Of a DNA stretch of 64,000 bases, positions 21,312 to 30,978 are shown one piece after another. Where the stretch lies: NCBI GenBank assembly GCA_963833105.1, contig CAWHWU010000033.1:29030-93029 (forward strand), read 5' to 3'. The notes beneath the pieces were generated by a model. That model had not been told where the DNA came from and did no database searches. It was given only the letters and a program-made list of their open reading frames with translations. The DNA comes from an uncultured Planctomycetaceae bacterium. Its GTDB lineage: Bacteria; Planctomycetota; Planctomycetia; Planctomycetales; Planctomycetaceae. Made by a program: the position numbers and the translations under genes. Each line of letters opens with the position of its first letter. Positions within the stretch are counted from its first letter, which is position 1.

Positions 21312-22946
21312 TCAAGTCCGTACGAGCCAGGGGAGCGGCGTTCCGGCCGCGGGGAGTCGCACGATTTCCACCCCCTGTACGTCCGGATGCTTAGCCAGCT
21401 CGTTCAGCGTTTCGGGACTGGGCGCGTTGTCGAGATTCAGGACCGCAATCGAGTCTCCTCCCGGCTCATTGCGCTCGCGCCCCAGTGCCATGTGGGCGAT
21501 ATTCACCCGGTGCTTGCCCAGAATCGTCCCGATAAAGCCGATCAGTCCCGGCACGTCCCGGTGGCGATAAATGAGCAGCAGCCCGTCGAGATACGCGTCG
21601 AGATTGAAATTTCCGAGCCGCACCAGCCGCAGGAATTCGTTCCCGAAGGTCGTGCCCGAGGCAGTCAACTCCCCCTGTTCCGTGACGATGGAAGCCGTAA
21701 TCAGCGTCGCAAAGTTCCCCGCTTCATTCGAGGCCGACTCGGTGATCTCGATCCCCCGCTCGCGGGCGAGCATCTCGGCATTCACGATATTGGCCTGCTC
21801 TTCCAGGGCCGACTCCAGCAGACCGGCGGCAAAACTGGCCGTCATGAGCTTTGTTTTTTTGGCGGCCGCTTCCCCTCGGTAGTGGATGCGGGCCGACCGC
21901 AATCCGCCCGAGTGGTTCTGTTGTGCCAAGAGCAGCCCTAACCGCCGGGCTAGGTCGAGATGCCGTTCGACGTCCTGCATCTCTTTGGCCGAAATGGGGG
22001 CCATGTTGACGGCGTGCCGCACCTCATTTCGCAGAAAGAAGCTTGCCAGGATCTCGGCCGCCTCGATGGCGACCAATTCCTGCGCCTCGTCGGTCGACGC
22101 ACCCAGGTGCGGCGTGCACAGGACGTTCGGCAACGCGGGGAGCGGACTCGATTTCGGGGGTTCCTCGACAAACACGTCGAGCGCCGCTCCGGCCACGTGC
22201 CCCGATTTCAACGCTTCGGCCAAGTCGTTTTCGTCAACGATGCCCCCACGAGCGCAGTTAATAATGCGGACCCCTTTCTTCATCTTCTTCAGGCGGTCCG
22301 CATTAATGACGCCGCGCGTCTCGCTGGTCAAAGGCGTGTGGACAGTCAGGTAGTCGCATTCCACGATCATGGCGTCGATATCGCGAAACAACTCAATCCC
22401 CTGTTCGCCCGCCCGCTCGGCCGAGAGAAACGGATCGTAGCCCAACACGCGCATTTCGAGCCCCCGCGCCCGTTGGGCCACTGCCTGGCCGATGCGGCCC
22501 AATCCGAGAATCGCCAGCGTCTTGCCCGAAAGCTGCGTGCCCGTGAACTTGCTCCGCTCCCATTTCCCCTCGCGCATGCTGGCCGCAGCCTTCCCTATAT
22601 TCCGCGAGAGGGCCATCATCATGGCGATCGTATGCTCGGCGGTACTTGTCGTGTTGCCCGCCGGCGTATTCATCACCACGATCCCCTCGCGCGTGGCCGC
22701 CGCGAGGTCGATATTGTCGACTCCGACGCCGGCCCGCACGATCGCTTTGAGCCGCGGTTGATCTTTCAAGATGGCGGCGGTCAGCTTGGTCGCGCTACGA
22801 ATGATGATGCCGTCGGCCTCGTGGAGCGCTTCGCGCACCTGCTCGGGAGTCAGGCCCGATCGGACGTCGACTTCGATTTCCTGAGACTCCTTGAGGACGT
22901 CGAGCCCGGCCGCGGACAGGTTGTCGGTGATCAAAACGCGATACAT
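21312..22946 (-). CDS. serA: D-3-phosphoglycerate dehydrogenase (long form with ASB and ACT domains)
   Basis: MYRVLITD...AGVGVDNIDL...NTPAGNTTSTAEHT...LGLGRIGQAVAQRA...CDYLTVHTPLT...NCARGG. There is a C-terminal ACT-like region. Confidence 0.93.
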   Translation of the reverse strand: MYRVLITDNLSAAGLDVLKESQEIEVDVRSGLTPEQVREALHEADGIIIRSATKLTAAILKDQPRLKAIVRAGVGVDNIDLAAATREGIVVMNTPAGNTTSTAEHTIAMMMALSRNIGKAAASMREGKWERSKFTGTQLSGKTLAILGLGRIGQAVAQRARGLEMRVLGYDPFLSAERAGEQGIELFRDIDAMIVECDYLTVHTPLTSETRGVINADRLKKMKKGVRIINCARGGIVDENDLAEALKSGHVAGAALDVFVEEPPKSSPLPALPNVLCTPHLGASTDEAQELVAIEAAEILASFFLRNEVRHAVNMAPISAKEMQDVERHLDLARRLGLLLAQQNHSGGLRSARIHYRGEAAAKKTKLMTASFAAGLLESALEEQANIVNAEMLARERGIEITESASNEAGNFATLITASIVTEQGELTASGTTFGNEFLRLVRLGNFNLDAYLDGLLLIYRHRDVPGLIGFIGTILGKHRVNIAHMALGRERNEPGGDSIAVLNLDNAPSPETLNELAKHPDVQGVEIVRLPAAGTPLPWLVRT

Positions 22947-23117
22947 GGAAAAGCGCTCGGTTGAAGAACGGGGACCGTATCAGCTTTACGGATGATAAGG
23001 CCCGTCGGCGACGCGCCAAGGCTGCTTTGGGACGGCTTCGCGTGGGGGCGTCTTTGAAAGCCCCTCCGGCAGCCTGTAGAATCGCGGATCCCGCTTTTTC
23101 CCGCCCGAGGACATGCC

Positions 23118-23420
23118 ATGGCAAAACGTGCCGAAGATCCGGTTCTGATCAGCGCCCGCCGCGAAGCGATCATCGTGTTCGCAACGTGGGGCATCGCGAC
23201 GGCGTATTGCCTGATTTATTGCGGCCGATACGCCTACGGGCGGTCGATCGACGACCTGAAGTACGTCTTCGGTTTTCCCGACTGGGTTTTCTGGGGCATC
23301 GTGGTCCCGTGGGGCGTGTGCATCCTGTTCTCGTGGGTCTTCGCGGCCGTCTGGATGCGCGATGAGGATCTGGGTGAGGATCCGCCCGGCGGCACAGACG
23401 AGTTCGAACGGGGGAATTGA
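23118..23420 (+). CDS. YhdT/DUF997 family small membrane protein
   Basis: 100 aa with two TM helices. Its stop overlaps the start region of the following PanF-like symporter. This is the classic yhdT-panF arrangement. Confidence 0.7.
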   Translation: MAKRAEDPVLISARREAIIVFATWGIATAYCLIYCGRYAYGRSIDDLKYVFGFPDWVFWGIVVPWGVCILFSWVFAAVWMRDEDLGEDPPGGTDEFERGN

Positions 23421-23422
23421 CC

Positions 23423-25351
23423 ATGCTGGCCGCGACCGCACCCGCTTGGGGCACACTCAGCGCGCTTGTCATCTTCATTCTGGCGTCGATGTGGATCGGC
23501 GTGCTGGCCAACCGCGCAACGCGCGAGGGATCGTTCCTCAAGGGCTTCTTTTTGGGCAACCGCGGGCTTGGCTCGTGGGCCTTGGCCCTGACTGCCACCG
23601 TGCAAAGCGGCGGGACCTTCATGGGGTATCCCTCGCTGGTCTATTCGCACGGGTGGGCCGTTGTCGTCTGGATCGCCAGCTACATGGTCGTGCCGATCAC
23701 GGGGTTCGGCATCCTGGGCAAGCGGCTGGCCCAAATCTCGCGCCGTTGCGGGGCCATTACCATGCCCGACTTGTTTCGGGAGCGATTTCGCAGTCCCGTC
23801 TTGGGATTGGTCGTGTCGTTGTTCATCCTGTTTTACATGTCGTTCATGATGGTCGCCCAGTTCAAGGCCGGGGCGCTGCATCATGAAAATCTCCTGGGCG
23901 GGGACCGGGAACTGGTCGGAGGACCAGAACGTCGGGCGGTTTCAGGTCACCGACGCGTCGCTGGCCCGTCTCGCGGGCAGCCAGGCGCCGCCTGTGGTCG
24001 ATGCCCTCAAACCACTGGTGGGCCGAAACTACGCGGACGAGAGGCAGCTGGCGGAAGACGTCGCGGCCGCCCTAAAAAAGGAGCGCCGCAAGCGAGCGCC
24101 ACCGAAGAGCAGACGATTCGCCGGCAAATCGCCCTCGCCTCGGAGCTGACCGATTGGCCCTACATCCTGGGGCTGACCATCTTCACGGTCAGTGTGGTCG
24201 GCTATACGCTGATCGGCGGATTTCTCGCCGCCGTTTGGACCGACCTGTTTCAAAGCGTGATGATGTGGGTGGGGGTGCTCATCTTCCTGGTCCTGGCGTT
24301 TCGGGCCGTCGACGCGATCAAGCAGCGCGAATCGGTGGAAAAGAACCGGCCCGCCATCGCGCGAATGAATTCTCTGGAATATGCCAACCGCAAAGCGGTC
24401 GAAAAGACGTCGCCTGACTTCGCATTTTGTCCGGGATACGACGGCCGGCACGAGGGGCGGATGTTTTTGCCCATCGGGCTGGCCTTCTCGTTTTTCTGGA
24501 TCTGGATCTTTGCGGGACTTGGCTCGCCGGCCGGTGTCGTGCGGATCATGGCCTCCAGCAGCACGACTAATATCCGCCGGTCGATCTATCTATTGGGCGG
24601 CTACAACGCCTTTATCTATATCCCGTTGGCCGTGATCTGCATCTGTGGCCGGGTCTTGATCCCCGACTTGCCGGTGGGAAAGACGGACGATGTGGTTCCG
24701 CTCTTGGCGATGAAGGTCACCGGCGATTTGCCGCTGGGGCAGTTAATCGGCGGGTTGATCCTAGCCGCTCCGTTCGGGGCCGTCATGGCGACGGTGAGCT
24801 GCTATCTGGTCGTGATTGCTTCGGGTTTGGTGCGAGACGTTTATCAGCGGTTCGTGCGTCCGGCCGCCTCTTCGCTCGAGTTGCAACGCCTGTCGACCGT
24901 CGTGATGATCGCAGTGGGCGCGATCGCCGTCCTGGCAAATATCCGGCCAGTCGACTACCTGCAGGCGATCGTCGTCTTCAGTGGCACGGGAGCGGCGGCC
25001 ACCTTCAGCTTTCCTCTCCTGATGCTGGTCTTCTGGCGGCGGGCCACCGTGCCGGGCATGTTTGCCAGCATCCTCTGCGGAGCCGCGGCGATGCTCGGCT
25101 TTTATCTGATCGGCGGCGTGTTCGGATACGGCAGCCCCCTGATCGGGCAAGCCACGTCGTTTCGGCCCTATTTTCTCTGGGGGGTCGATCCGCTCATCTG
25201 GAGCCTGGCCGTGTCCTTTCTGACTGGCGTCGGCGTGAGCCTGGCGACCCGGCCGTGCGACGAGGCCCTGGTCTCGAAATTCTTCGACGCACAAGAGAGT
25301 CCAACGCCGGCCGCCGTCCTCGCCGTGAATCCTGCCGAGGCCAGCGCATGA
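23423..25351 (+). CDS. sodium:solute symporter (SSF, PanF-like) with a large cytoplasmic insert; probable compensating frameshift pair at about 23880 and 24075
   Basis: SSF-type TM helices run throughout. Between about 23880 and 24080 the in-frame translation is R/G/P-rich nonsense (HHENLLGGDRELVGGPERRAVSGHRR...). The adjacent frame there gives a natural sequence (IMKISWAGTGNWSEDQNVGRFQVTDASLARLAGSQAPPVVDALKPLVGRNYADERQLAEDVAAALKK). Confidence 0.85.
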   Translation: MLAATAPAWGTLSALVIFILASMWIGVLANRATREGSFLKGFFLGNRGLGSWALALTATVQSGGTFMGYPSLVYSHGWAVVVWIASYMVVPITGFGILGKRLAQISRRCGAITMPDLFRERFRSPVLGLVVSLFILFYMSFMMVAQFKAGALHHENLLGGDRELVGGPERRAVSGHRRVAGPSRGQPGAACGRCPQTTGGPKLRGREAAGGRRRGRPKKGAPQASATEEQTIRRQIALASELTDWPYILGLTIFTVSVVGYTLIGGFLAAVWTDLFQSVMMWVGVLIFLVLAFRAVDAIKQRESVEKNRPAIARMNSLEYANRKAVEKTSPDFAFCPGYDGRHEGRMFLPIGLAFSFFWIWIFAGLGSPAGVVRIMASSSTTNIRRSIYLLGGYNAFIYIPLAVICICGRVLIPDLPVGKTDDVVPLLAMKVTGDLPLGQLIGGLILAAPFGAVMATVSCYLVVIASGLVRDVYQRFVRPAASSLELQRLSTVVMIAVGAIAVLANIRPVDYLQAIVVFSGTGAAATFSFPLLMLVFWRRATVPGMFASILCGAAAMLGFYLIGGVFGYGSPLIGQATSFRPYFLWGVDPLIWSLAVSFLTGVGVSLATRPCDEALVSKFFDAQESPTPAAVLAVNPAEASA

Positions 25352-25423
25352 ACTTTTTCACGCGAATCCCCTCCTAAAAAAAGGGATTACCGTTCCGCCC
25401 GCATAAAAGCCGGTGCCAAGCCC

Positions 25424-26551
25424 ATGCCGATATCGATTGACCCGCGTTACCAGATCGCCGACACGAGCGGGATTTACAGCCCCGCCCTGGTCCTCTTCCG
25501 CGAGATCCTCGAGGCGAACGTCGATGAAATGATCCGCATCGCCGGGCGGGCCTCGCGTCTGCGGCCGCACTGCAAAACGCACAAAATGCCGGCCGTCGCG
25601 CGGATCGAGCTGTCCAAAGGGATCGTAAAGCACAAAGCGGCCACCTTTGCCGAGGCCGAGATGCTGGCCCAAGCCGGCGTCAAAGACGTGAGCCTGGCCT
25701 ACAACCCGGTCGGCCCGAACATCCGCCGGGCCGTCGAATATGTCACACGCTTCCCCGACGTGGCCTTCGCGGTGACTGCCGACCACCCGCTCCCGATTGC
25801 CGAGCTGGGAAAGGCCATGGAGGCAGCCGGAAAGACGGTCGGCGTGCTACTCGATCTCAACGTCGGCCAGAACCGGACCGGCATTCTCCCGGGCGAGGCG
25901 GCCGCCAAGCTGTACCGGCAAATCGCCACGACCCGCGGACTGCGGCCCGAAGGCATTCACGCCTACGACGGGCAGGTCCACCAGTCCTCTCGCGAGGAGC
26001 GGGAGGCCGCCGTCGCCGCCGAGTGGCAAGTGATCCGAGCCTTTCGCGACAGCCTCGTGCGGGAAGGGCTTCCGGTGCCCCGCATCATCGCCGGCGGAAC
26101 GCCGAGCTTTCCTGTCCACGCCCGGCTCGACGATCCGACGATCGAATTGAGCCCAGGGACATGCGTTCTCAACGACGCGGGCTACAGCGAGGCCTATTCC
26201 GATCTCAAGTTCCAGCCGGCGGCCCTCTTGTTGACGCGGGTTGTCAGCCGGCCAGCCGCAAACCGGTTGACGGTCGATTTGGGGACCAAGTCGGTCGCGT
26301 CCGATCCGCCGATGGGAAAACGGGTCGTGTTCCCCGCTCTCCCGGAAGCCGTCCAGGTTGTGCACAACGAGGAGCACCTGGTGCTCGAAACTCCGCGGGC
26401 CGACGAATTCCAGCCTGGCGACGAGCTGTTGGCGATCCCTCGGCACATCTGTCCCACCTGTGCCCTGCACAAGGAAGTTTGCGTCATCTCCGCCGGCCAG
26501 CACGTGGACCGCTGGGAAATCACCGCGCGGGACCGCCAACTCACGATTTGA
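25424..26551 (+). CDS. D-TA/DSD1-family PLP enzyme (alanine racemase N-terminal fold; D-threonine aldolase/D-serine dehydratase-like)
   Basis: LRPHCKTHK (PLP lysine context), AFAVTADH, GGTPSF, and a C-terminal HICPTCAL-type segment. 375 aa. Confidence 0.75.
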   Translation: MPISIDPRYQIADTSGIYSPALVLFREILEANVDEMIRIAGRASRLRPHCKTHKMPAVARIELSKGIVKHKAATFAEAEMLAQAGVKDVSLAYNPVGPNIRRAVEYVTRFPDVAFAVTADHPLPIAELGKAMEAAGKTVGVLLDLNVGQNRTGILPGEAAAKLYRQIATTRGLRPEGIHAYDGQVHQSSREEREAAVAAEWQVIRAFRDSLVREGLPVPRIIAGGTPSFPVHARLDDPTIELSPGTCVLNDAGYSEAYSDLKFQPAALLLTRVVSRPAANRLTVDLGTKSVASDPPMGKRVVFPALPEAVQVVHNEEHLVLETPRADEFQPGDELLAIPRHICPTCALHKEVCVISAGQHVDRWEITARDRQLTI

Positions 26552-26618
26552 AACCTCGCCAAGCGATGTCTGAATCCACGGAATCACCCGCGTCGAAAAA
26601 TCCCGCGCCCAACCGCGC

Positions 26619-27482
26619 TTGCAAACCGGCATCCCCCGTCTCGACGAGTTGCTCGGCGGCGGGCTGATTCCCGGCACACTCACCGTTGTGCTGGGCGCCA
26701 CGGGCATCGGCAAGACGCAGCTCGGCGTGCAGTTCGCCCATCACGGCGCGGCCCAGGAAGGAGAGACCGGCATTCTTTTCGACCTCACCTCCCGCGGCGA
26801 TTCGCAGAGTCACCAAGAGTACGCCCGCCGGCTCTTCGGCTGGGACCTGCGGGTGCGTTCGGCCGACGATCCGGTCGACCTGGCCTCGATTTGGGACGCC
26901 GCCCGGAGCCGGGCCGATTACCTTCACATTTTCCAGCGTAGCGGCCGGCGGGTCTCAATCGGCGACCTCGAGCCGGAGGATTGGCGGCGTTGGAAGATCG
27001 AGCTGGCCCAGAAGCTCGAGCGGACCATCGCCTTTTTTTACGGCAATTTCGTCCAGGGCGTGCGGCGGTGCGTTGTTGACGGAGTCGAGCCGGTCGAACG
27101 GGCCAGCGACTCGTTCCAGTTTCACGTGTTCGACTACGTCTACCATCAAATCCTGCGGAAGGAATCGGACTGGGTGGCCCGCGACCTGTTTCGGGCCCAA
27201 TTTCGCGCGAATGAGGAGCAAGTCAAACAGCACGCCTACGACGAGCGGGCCGTCGCCTGCCTCTTGTTGTGCACGTCGCAGGAAGTGCTGCTCGACGATT
27301 TGATCTCGCGGCCCATCGACACGGGGGACGTGCTGAGCAACGCCAACACGATCATCCACATGGGCAAGGTCCGCGAGGGGAGCCGCATGGGCCGGGCCCT
27401 GCACGTCTCGAAGCACCGGGGAAGCGCCTGCGGCGACGCCATCGTCCCCTACGAAGTCACCGATCGGGGCCTCGCCTTCTAA
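26619..27482 (+). CDS. RecA-superfamily ATPase, KaiC/GvpD/RAD55-like single domain
   Basis: [37 protein letters not shown] (Walker A), then a Walker B-like CLLLCTSQE. The start is uncertain: either TTG at 26619, or ATG at 26566 ([17 protein letters not shown]) if one more frameshift lies near 26610. Confidence 0.75.
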   Translation: MQTGIPRLDELLGGGLIPGTLTVVLGATGIGKTQLGVQFAHHGAAQEGETGILFDLTSRGDSQSHQEYARRLFGWDLRVRSADDPVDLASIWDAARSRADYLHIFQRSGRRVSIGDLEPEDWRRWKIELAQKLERTIAFFYGNFVQGVRRCVVDGVEPVERASDSFQFHVFDYVYHQILRKESDWVARDLFRAQFRANEEQVKQHAYDERAVACLLLCTSQEVLLDDLISRPIDTGDVLSNANTIIHMGKVREGSRMGRALHVSKHRGSACGDAIVPYEVTDRGLAF

Positions 27483-27490
27483 GTCGTGCA

Positions 27491-27613
27491 GGCGATTTTT
27501 CTCATTCACCCAAGTGTCCAGTTCGCGCCGCTGATCGATTTTTGACCAATTTCGGCGATTTTTCTGGTTTTTCTGCGGCGCAAAAAAAGGGGAAAGACCA
27601 CAGAAAAATCGCC
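27491..27613. promoter_or_regulatory. AT-rich tract with three copies of GGCGATTTTTCT(G), two direct and one inverted
   Basis: Read directly at 27491-27502, 27554-27566 and inverted at 27601-13. It lies in a 707-bp non-coding gap. Function unknown. Confidence 0.4.
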
Positions 27614-28189
27614 CCTGCCGGTTCGACCCCTTGACTCGTGCCCTAGAATTGTGAAATGGGAGACTTGTCGCGCCGGGTCGCCTTTGTGGGCGCTCCGACG
27701 CACGGTCTCCAACCGGACGAGCCGCCGAGGCCTGCGAACCGGCCACCTTTGCGCGAGCCGTTCCGAGCGGAAAAGCGGCTCACCCGTTAGAGCCCGATTT
27801 GAATCGGAATTGAGGAGCCTTTTCGCATTCGCCAGATCCCTTACAGCCGGCCTCCCTGTCCATAAAGCTCGCGCCCGAACGGACTTAGCGGCGTGAAATT
27901 GAAGCGATTGTTCGCGACGAGCGACGGCCCTTCCCCTCTCTCCCTAAGACATTGACAATTCCCCCATGCCGGATTAACTTCCCCCCCTCCAGCGGCCGAT
28001 CTCGCAGATGGATTTTCGGACCCTCACGCATCGTACCAGGTGCGAAGGGTTGCGAGTCCTTGGGATCGGCAGGGTGGCCGCTTCGACTGTGACGTCGTCA
28101 AGGATTACCAACGATCTGTTTCGACGTGTGACCGGGCCTCCCCGACTCTCGGTCGTGCGTCTCAGTCCAGCCCGCATCGAGAAAGACCT

Positions 28190-29239
28190 ATGCGTAAATC
28201 GATTCATCGCCGCTCCTTGTTGGCCTTGCCCCTTGTCCTGATGATGGCCGGCCCCGTCCTCGCCCAAGAGGACGTGTCGCAGGACCCGTACCTTTGGGCC
28301 AAAAAGATGTTCGAGTCGACCACTCCCAGCCACGATTTCGGTGCCGTCGCCCGTGGGGCCGAGGTCTCTTACCGCTTCAAGGTGACGAACCTCTACGCGC
28401 CGGATGCCCACATCGCCAGCGTGACGACCTCCTGCGGCTGCACGGCTCCCAGCTACGACCAGACGCCGTTCAAGTCGCACCAGTCGACTTACATCACCAT
28501 CTCGATGGATACCAACCGTTTTCAGCACGACAAGAGCTCGACGGTCACGGTCACCTTCGACCAGCCCCAATACGCGGTCGTCCAGATCCCCGTAAAGGTC
28601 TACATCCGCACCGACGTCGTCCTCACACCGGGCTCGGTCAACTTCGGCGCGGTGGACAAAGGGGCGGCCCAAGAGCGGAAGGTCGAGCTGGCCTACGCCG
28701 GCGATCCCAACTGGGCCGTCACCAAAATCGTGACGAACAACGAATATCTGAAGGCCAATGTGAAGGAAACGCGGCGCGACAACGGCCAGGTCGGCTACGA
28801 CCTGATTGTCGCCCTCTCACCCAAAGCGCCGGTGGGTTATCTCCGTCAGCAGATCGTGCTCAACACGAATGACCAGGCGGGCCAAATCCCCGTCCTCGTC
28901 CAGGCACGGGTGGAATCCGACGTGACGGTGACCCCCTCGGTCGTGCAACTCGGTTCGGTCGCTCCGGGGACGGAAGCGGTCAAGACCGTCCTCTTGCGGG
29001 GCCACAATCCGTTCGTGATCGAGAAGGTCGAATGCGAGTCGGCCCACGGCCTCTTCAAGATGCCACAGTTGACCAAAGATGCCAGAACAGTGCATATTCT
29101 CCCTTTGACCTTCACGGCCCCGAAAGAGTCGGGACCGTTGCTTGAGAAGTTCATCGTAACGATCGCCGGGCGTCCGGAGCCGGTCATCTTCACGGCTCAG
29201 GGAACCATCGAGACCGCCCAGCAGATCACGCCAAGGTAG
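28190..29239 (+). CDS. DUF1573 domain-containing secreted protein (three tandem DUF1573/Ig-like units)
   Basis: Signal peptide MRKSIHRRSLLALPLVLMMAGPVLA. First unit HDFGAVARGAEVSYRFKVTNLYAPDAHIASVTTSCGCT. Repeated units begin VNFGAVDKG... and VQLGSVAPG.... Confidence 0.85.
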   Translation: MRKSIHRRSLLALPLVLMMAGPVLAQEDVSQDPYLWAKKMFESTTPSHDFGAVARGAEVSYRFKVTNLYAPDAHIASVTTSCGCTAPSYDQTPFKSHQSTYITISMDTNRFQHDKSSTVTVTFDQPQYAVVQIPVKVYIRTDVVLTPGSVNFGAVDKGAAQERKVELAYAGDPNWAVTKIVTNNEYLKANVKETRRDNGQVGYDLIVALSPKAPVGYLRQQIVLNTNDQAGQIPVLVQARVESDVTVTPSVVQLGSVAPGTEAVKTVLLRGHNPFVIEKVECESAHGLFKMPQLTKDARTVHILPLTFTAPKESGPLLEKFIVTIAGRPEPVIFTAQGTIETAQQITPR

Positions 29240-29244
29240 TTTGC

Positions 29245-30246
29245 ATGTCCGTGCCGATGCCGAACGTTGTGGGTACCTCGATCGACATCAGCTCCGGGCC
29301 TCATCTCGATATCCTGAAGTCGGCCGGGTTTGGTTTCCGCGAAGTCTCGCGGAGTATCGACCTGCGGAAGAATGACCAGTTGATCTCGGCCTTGACGGCG
29401 GCCGACGCCGTCATCGCCGGGGCTGAGCCTTATCCGAAAAACGTGATCGAGGCTCTCCCCAAGCTCCGCGTGATTGCCCGTTCCGGAGTCGGCTTCGACG
29501 CCATCGATCTGGCGGCCTGCGACCGAGCGGGCATCGCCGTTTTGACGACTCCTGGCGTCAACCACCACTCGGTGGCCGAGCACACGCTGGCCCTCCTCTT
29601 CGGCGTGGCCCGCGATTTTCCCATGGCCGACCGCCGCGTCCGCGAAGGAAAGTGGAAGCGGACCAACGGCCCCCGCGTGATGGGCTCGACAATCGGCATC
29701 GTCGGCTTGGGACGGATCGGCCAGGCGGTCGCGACCCGCGCGATCGGCGTCGGTCTCAAGGTTCTGGCCTACGAACCGCAGCCCTACCGCGAGTTTCTAA
29801 AGCAATGGCCGGCGGTCGAGTTGACGTCGCTCGACGATCTCTTGGCCCGCTCGGACTACGTCTCGATTCATTCGCCCCTCACGCCCGAGACGCGTCACCT
29901 GATCAATCGCGACACGCTGGCCAAGATGAAAAAAGGCTCGGTCCTGATCAACACGGCCCGCGGCGGACTGGTCGACGAAGCGGCCCTGTGCGAAGCGCTC
30001 GCCTCGGGCCATTTGCGAGGCGCCGGTCTCGACGTGTTCGAAGTCGAGCCGCTCCCGCTCACCAGCCCCTTGCTCAAGTTCGACAACGTCCTCTTCGCGG
30101 GGCACACGGCCGGTATGGACAACGAGTCGAAGTACGACACCTTCAAGATGTGCGCCGAGAGCCTGGTCAAGCTGCACAACGGCGGCTGGCCCGCCGAATG
30201 CGTCGTCAACCTCCGTGGCGTCACCGGCTGGAAGTGGCAGAAGTAG
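29245..30246 (+). CDS. D-isomer-specific 2-hydroxyacid dehydrogenase (NAD-binding, PGDH-like short form)
   Basis: RSGVGFDAIDL, NHHSVAEHT, GIVGLGRIGQAVATRA, SIHSPLTPETRHLI, NTARGGLVDE, DVFEVEPL, GHTAG. Confidence 0.88.
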   Translation: MSVPMPNVVGTSIDISSGPHLDILKSAGFGFREVSRSIDLRKNDQLISALTAADAVIAGAEPYPKNVIEALPKLRVIARSGVGFDAIDLAACDRAGIAVLTTPGVNHHSVAEHTLALLFGVARDFPMADRRVREGKWKRTNGPRVMGSTIGIVGLGRIGQAVATRAIGVGLKVLAYEPQPYREFLKQWPAVELTSLDDLLARSDYVSIHSPLTPETRHLINRDTLAKMKKGSVLINTARGGLVDEAALCEALASGHLRGAGLDVFEVEPLPLTSPLLKFDNVLFAGHTAGMDNESKYDTFKMCAESLVKLHNGGWPAECVVNLRGVTGWKWQK

Positions 30247-30275
30247 AAGGATGAAGGCGGAAGGATGAAGGATGA

Positions 30276-30539
30276 CAGTAGTTCCCAGTTCGCCGGCTAA
30301 TCAACTGCTTTCAAAACAAGGAGTTACGGCGTCGGGTTTTGGTGCCGTCTTTTTCCGCGCATACCCACCGTCGCGCTGGAAAGCCCGACCAACGATTCAT
30401 CCTGGAAAAATAGGGGATCCGGCACACGCCTAACCTCGCCGCTTCCAGCGGTGATAACACGCAATCACCGTCTAAAAACGTTGGAACGCAACCCATTGTG
30501 AATTCGAATGTTAGTTGGCTGGCGAACTTGGAACTACTG
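30276..30539 (+). mobile_element. MITE copy 1 (264 bp) with a roughly 24-bp imperfect TIR, CAGTAGTTCC[C/A]AGTTCGCC..., and 5-bp GATGA direct repeats
   Basis: Ends read directly: 30276 CAGTAGTTCCCAGTTCGCCGGCTAA; 30511-30539 is the reverse complement of CAGTAGTTCCAAGTTCGCCAGCCAACTAA. GATGA is at 30271-75 and 30540-44. No plausible ORF inside. Confidence 0.85.
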
Positions 30540-30544
30540 GATGA

Positions 30545-30808
30545 CAGTAGTTCCCAGTTCGCCGGCTAATCAACTGCTTTCAAAACAAGGAGTTACGGCG
30601 TCGGGTTTTGGTGCCGTCTTTTTCCGCGCGCACCCACCGTCGCGCTGGAAAGCCCGACCAACGATTCATCCTGGAAAAATAGGGGATCCGGCACACGCCT
30701 AACCTCGCCGCTTCCAGCGGTGATAACACGCAATCACCGTCTAAAAACGTTGGAACGCAACCCATTGTGAATTCGAATGTTAGTTGGCTGGCGAACTTGG
30801 AACTACTG
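30545..30808 (+). mobile_element. MITE copy 2 (264 bp), about 99% identical to copy 1, flanked by GATGA
   Basis: The offset is exactly 269 bp. I saw only two substitutions (gcgcATaccc vs gcgcGCaccc). GATGA is at 30540-44 and 30809-13. Confidence 0.85.
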
Positions 30809-30978
30809 GATGAATCAATCCTCCATACCCGGCCCCCATCGCAAGCTGCCGTCTCGGCACGAAAATGAGTAAAGGGAGGGCGATCCGCCCCGGCGGACCG
30901 CCGAGCCGGATTTGAGTGCGGAGACGAGGACAACGGCTCAGTAAGAGTGCTTTCACGGGCGTCCCATCGGCGACGCCG

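Noticed and set aside
27620-27650. TTGACT...TAGAAT considered as a sigma70 promoter in the long intergenic region.
   Set aside because: The two hexamers are only 7 nt apart, far from the canonical 16-18 nt, so this is not a standard -35/-10 pair. Planctomycete promoter rules are also poorly known.
30276-30808. Tandem 269-bp periodicity considered as a CRISPR array or satellite.
   Set aside because: There are only two units of 264 bp, each with its own terminal inverted repeats and a 5-bp target duplication. There are no short repeat/spacer alternations and no cas genes. It is a MITE pair.
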